From Amphiscolops sp. MND2022 (lineage: Eukaryota): a stretch of DNA of 64,000 nucleotides. The notes beneath the pieces were generated by a model. It did not search any database. It saw only the letters and a program-made list of their open reading frames with translations, and was not told the DNA's origin. Every line of letters starts with the position of its first letter. The first letter of the stretch is position 1. The translations under genes and the position numbers were made by a program. Shown in pieces: positions 59,701 to 64,000 of this stretch. The stretch spans positions 49,476,001 to 49,540,000 of the forward strand of contig OZ076415.1 of assembly GCA_964187785.1 (NCBI GenBank). The letters are read 5' to 3'.

Positions 59701-62390
59701 GCTATATGAATTCTGTCATGTTGTTTTTTGAGTTTATACTTTTGATTGTATTTTGTACGCCTTAGGGCAGCAAATAATAATAAATCTTCTTCTTCTTCTT
59801 CTTCTTCTTCTTCTTGCAACTCGAAAACTTTGAAAGTACTTGAACTGATTTGTCCAGACTTCCTCGACATTCAAACTTCCTTTCCTTTCTCAACGCTTTC
59901 AGAGTACAACGGTGAAAAAAGGACAGAAAATATTTTATTCTGGTGCAATGATGCCATTTTTGGCAGTAAAACTTCGGCACTGCGCTACTTTTTTCTTCAT
60001 CTCACCAAAGGGCCCCCGTCTGTTCTATTGCTGCTTTCACTTAGAAAAACGCGTTTTTCGAGTCTAAGGAATCACCTTTGTGTGTTTGAGCATTCTGCAA
60101 CTTTTTTCGAGAACAAAATTTTCAGCATTTTCGGGTTTTTGATTTTTCAGTTTGAGAAGGTTTTTCGATCCGAAAAGGCGCCCTTTGGTTTTTTGGCACT
60201 GTGAAATCTATGCGAATGTCCAAAAAGCCTCTCTGTGCGTTTTAACCCTAATGAACCTAGTGGTGCTTTAAAGCAGCCTACCTTTTTTTTCCAAATTCTG
60301 ATTCCTTTTGCTCGTAGCCCATTTTCTCTAGCACAGTTTTGTTTCAACAATTAATTGCTACCTAGATTTATATTTTCCCAAAATTCAGTTTTTGATAAAA
60401 TCCAAATTTCTCAAAAAAATTTGACCCATAGCAAAAACCAACCCCATACACTTGCACAACCAATTCTTTGGCAAAAAATCCCAATAATATTTTGTTGTTA
60501 CTACAAGCCCCGAGCAGCGGGCCGCACGAAGTGCGGAACTGCCTCGAAGCGGCGGTACCGGAAAAAGAAGCTAAAATTCTGAGGAAGGGGCGCGCGGCGA
60601 CAGGGGCTCACCTGATTAATACCAGACCTTTCAAACGCGCTATAGTTCGTTTCTCTGGTATGCGTAGTTGTGGAGATATTCATGTTTTAAATTTTTTAAT
60701 CAATTTTTTTGAAAAACGCCCAGGTCAATTGGGGTTAAAGAGACTGTGCTTTTTGAGCCCTCACCGGGCGCCGAATTGAAAAGTCTGGTTCAGCGTTACA
60801 CGAGACGGGCTTTTTTCAAACGAAGCCTCTGCTTCTGTCCGCTCTCTGGCACCCCACAGAATCTGTTTTAACCCATTTTTACTGTAATTACAAGACTTTT
60901 GTTGCACTAGGTCAAATATTTTCTCTTGCTAAATGTCCAGCAACTTTTGGACAACAATTCCTACCCGTAATTATTTCTTGATTTAAATTGTTAATTACCT
61001 TATTCCAAAGTTGCGTGGTTTGATGGAAAAATTTTCTAACTTACAGGAAACAGTGAGAAATATTTAAAAGTCATTTCTTTGCGGAAATTGAAGTTTTTTG
61101 CCGAATTTCATTACGTCACTCAAGTGTTATCGTTCAGGCTCGAAAGTTTTGGAGGTTAAAGATAGCAGAAATTGAATTAATGCCGATACCCTAATCTATA
61201 GTTGAGATTTTCTTTCTCTGCTATCTCTTTCTGGGTGCTTGTTCGTCCAAAATTACTGAGACCCCGAAAGTTCATCAAAAATCTTCTCAACGTATCGACA
61301 TGCTCGTTATATGATCTGATGAATTGTTTCTCACTTTCCGATTGTTTTGCTATTTTCTCTGTTTAACCTTTAAAATTTATAAATCAGAAAGGGTAAAATC
61401 TAGAAAACGAAAAATGATGTCAAACTCAGTTGACTCAAAAACCTCTTAAATAATTTAAAAAATTCCACTTCGTATGTTAACGAAAAGGAACGAAGTGTAC
61501 ATGTTCAAGAGATCGAAATAGTTTTATAAGAAGCAATCATAGTTTTTTCTCATTTGCATTATGAGTATTTTTGAACATGATTTTGAACTAACCGGATTGG
61601 AAAAAATGTGCATCTAATTCAAAATGATCTAGACATCCAAGAGTTTCATAAAATTATGGATTCATGATGGTATTGATAGGGAAACTTCTGTTACGTCATT
61701 ATTATCCTTTTTAAATTTCAGGACTCGAAGGCACCCACATCAGAAAGAACATTAGAGCTGGAAATCAAACTGGGCGATTCAATCAAAGTGTTGAAAGAAC
61801 TCGTGGCCAAAGTGAGATTCGATCTCTTCTGTTTATGACCTAATTCGGCTAATAAATTTCTCGAACAGAAACAATGGATAAAAAGTATCAGCCTCAAAGT
61901 AATGAGTTATCTCGTTCACTTTTATAAACTGTTGTTACAACGGAAATGGTTTTAGCTTTTTGAGATATTCGGCCGAACAATTCTGATTCACAATCTCCTT
62001 TTGGTTTTTACTCTATGCTGGCTAACAAGAACCAATGCAACTGAGGATTTTTGGGATAACAAAAACACCACCACCTGAATTTTTTAAAGTTATTCCTCTA
62101 ACGAAGAGTCTCATCTGTTCCTAAAAACTTTGCCCCAGGAAACGAAAAGCACGGTAGTGCCATTGTGTATTTTTCAAGAGCTTCAAGCGGGGCTCCTATT
62201 TATGCCATTTCCGACTATTTTTACAGAGTATGAACTCATACCTCTAAAAAAAATGTGTTGCATTTTAATATAGAACCGTCTCTTCTTTGTTTTTTGCACT
62301 TTTTGTGTGCTCTAAATTGAATGACTTTTCTTGTTTAGTGTGCAGGGAAACAGATAGACGTCAAGTCAGCTACCGAATTCATTGAAGGAG
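41707..62390 (+). CDS. Diaphanous-related formin, N-terminal part (GBD/FH3, DD, start of coiled coil); gene continues beyond the window
   Basis: Phase-compatible exons 41707-41733 (open from 41644), 44856-45083, 45724-46007, 47097-47150, 47294-47635, 47929-48184, 50000-50119, 50673-50855, 51699-51853, 52199-52394, 54539-54562, 56676-56840, 61722-61811, 62339-62390. Motifs PEYFRNKL, LRYCSVDWIKTFGEDGL, ERFTPI, LQFISKF...VRTEFARL and LLAMLQILL..RDDDDYSRITYYRLITECVSQV match DIAPH/DAAM-type formins. The last four exons and the start codon are less certain. Confidence 0.8.
41880..42412 (+). mobile_element. piggyBac-type MITE, family B
   Basis: TTAA|CCCTAAATGGACCA ... TGGTCCATTTAGGG|TTAA. Confidence 0.9.
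46050..46579 (-). mobile_element. piggyBac-type MITE, family B (inverted copy)
   Basis: Same TIRs. The body is the reverse complement of 41880-42412. Confidence 0.88.
50268..50622 (+). mobile_element. HINE/DINE-1-like element
   Basis: TTTTTAGTCGGCGC...GCCGACT 5' end and GGCGCGGACTTGGGACGGTCCCGGCTTGTT 3' end. Confidence 0.8.
57281..57735 (+). mobile_element. 5'-truncated LINE 3' fragment with a (TTC)n tail; duplicate at 59358-59815
   Basis: C-terminal zinc-finger-like motif CLYC..ADEYHLLLVC..F...R typical of CR1/RTE-X ORF2 ends, followed by a 3' UTR, AATAAA and (TCT)n. Confidence 0.75.
58166..58653 (+). mobile_element. piggyBac-type MITE, family A; duplicate at 60246-60734
   Basis: TTAA|CCCTAATG ... 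ATTGGGG|TTAA. Homologous to 27562-28113. Confidence 0.8.
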
Positions 62391-62464
62391 GTGAGTTTTA
62401 CAAAAAGTGGTTCGAGGCATCTTGACTAATATAGAAGAAGCTTGTCTCATAAAGAAGCCTTTTG

Positions 62465-63131
62465 TAGGGCTGTGCCGGATCGCAAATTTTTGTTCCGACC
62501 GGAACCGGACCGGATAAAAATTTTTGTTCCGGCCGGATAATTGCCGGAATTTTTCCTTTGTTTACTTCTGATAAACATATAGAGACAACATTTCTGAGAA
62601 ATATCAAAGTAACTTCAGCCTGTACTTAAGTTATGCGTTTCTCTGAAATACTAATGACATTATAACAAGTTTGTTTCTTTCAGATAGTTTGAAAAAAAAT
62701 GTCAATCGTTTGTCTGGTCATTATTCACGTTGATGGAAGACAATGAACATCTCGCTGTATGCAATTTGTGCAAAAAGGTCATTGGAATGTCACGGAAATT
62801 CATAGAAACCTCAAAATGTTAAGAAATTTTTTCCGCCCCACCATCGTCCGTCTACTCGGAAAGACTATTTTCCGAATATGGAAACATTTATGAAGAAACA
62901 AGAAGTCGTCTGTTGCCAAAAAACAGCGAAAAACTTTTGTTTTTGCATCATAATTTGAAAAAATGTGTGTGAATTGAAGTGTTTCGCTATATGTTTTTGA
63001 AGAATCTTCAGTTTTATTTTTTTGAACGCGCCGGAATATCCGGTATAGTTTCTAAAGTTCCGGTCGGAACCGGATGTCTTTGGTAAAGCGGTCGGAATAT
63101 CCGGCCGGACATAATATCCGGCACACCCCTA
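62465..63131. mobile_element. hAT MITE with CCGG subterminal repeats
   Basis: TIR TAGGGCTGTGCCGGAT / ATCCGGCACACCCCTA. Perfect 8-bp TSD GCCTTTTG. Confidence 0.9.
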
Positions 63132-63379
63132 GCCTTTTGAGTTTGTGGCAAAAACATTCCGATCAAGTTATGCAAGTCAAAGACACACTTTCATTTATTA
63201 ATAAATAATAGCTACTACATTGAAGTTTCGAATATTTCTTGTTTGTTGAAACAAGAAGAGACTATAATTTAGTTGCTTCCTATTTCGGGAAAGCGGTGGT
63301 TAGGGCAATCAATTTTTTCTTTGGAACAGTTTTTAGAAGTCGGAAAAAATTTTAGGAATCGACGTATGCAATCGTACTT

Positions 63380-63988
63380 TTCAGTCGGCGCATTTTAGTA
63401 GAAAATGGGCTCGACTAATACAGTGGCAAGTTTTTTTCGTCAGATAACAGAATGTATGCGTAGTGGACACTTTTTACAGAACTACTAAACTACTGGACCG
63501 GCTAGCGGAAACGCATCTAAGTTAGTGCAAAGAGTGCCCCCTTTCATTTATTCCATATTCAACGTAAGATACAAAACCGGACAAGACTATAGGGTTTTTT
63601 TGGATTTTTTCGGCACTGTGCGACTTTTTCGAAATTTTTCAATGTATCCAAAGGGTCTCCCCTTCAATTTTTTTGATATTTTCAAACTGCAGCAACAAAC
63701 TGGAGTTTCAAAAAGCGCAAATGGTCTCCCTTTTTACATTTTTCGGCACTATGAGAATGTATCAGAATTCTCTTCAAGTCTGAAATAAGGTTTTCTCAAT
63801 ATTTACCCGCAGAATTTTTTACAATACTTTCCGAAATTTTGACGTAATATCCGGAGGAAGGCACCCTTACGGTGTTTCGAAACGGAGTCTTTTTCAATTG
63901 AAAAAAAAAACGTCTTAAATATATCCTAAAATATTTGCGCTATTTGAGCCTTAGGTATAGCGCTGACTTTAGACGTTCCTGTCTTGTT
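63380..63988 (+). mobile_element. HINE/DINE-1-like element
   Basis: 5' AGTCGGCGC subTIR and 3' AGCGCTGACTTTAGACGTTCCTGTCTTGTT, the same subfamily as 13960-14410. Confidence 0.7.
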
Positions 63989-64000
63989 TTTCTTCTTCCG

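Larger units (their letters stand above)
57201..61358. repeat. Tandem duplication of a 2.08-kb intronic unit (57201-59277 and 59278-61358)
   Basis: The same ORFs recur with a period of 2077-2081 bp. The copies differ by one TTC unit, one T and a handful of SNPs. Confidence 0.95.

Overview
AT-rich, repeat-dense eukaryotic (invertebrate-type animal) genomic DNA with GT-AG introns. No rRNA, CRISPR or prokaryotic features. Three host genes lie on the + strand: a 6-exon Ndc80/HEC1-like kinetochore gene (8196-28460), a single-exon HP1/CBX-like chromo+chromoshadow gene (32401-33213), and the 5' part of a Diaphanous-type formin (about 41707 to beyond the window end). The rest is mostly transposable elements: two degenerate CR1/L2-type LINEs, hAT, Tc1/mariner, piggyBac and 9-bp-TSD MITEs, many Helentron-type (DINE-1/HINE-like) elements, and a recent 2.08-kb tandem duplication. 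The most striking item is an apparently intact 4.2-kb CRE-clade non-LTR retrotransposon (3415-7608, minus strand, 17-bp TSD). It has an SGNH-esterase ORF1 and a PHD-RT-zinc knuckle-RLE ORF2. It is inserted 26 nt downstream of the predicted cleavage site of a same-strand, Penelope-type minimal hammerhead ribozyme (7625-7675). All assignments come from manual motif reading; no database searches were run.
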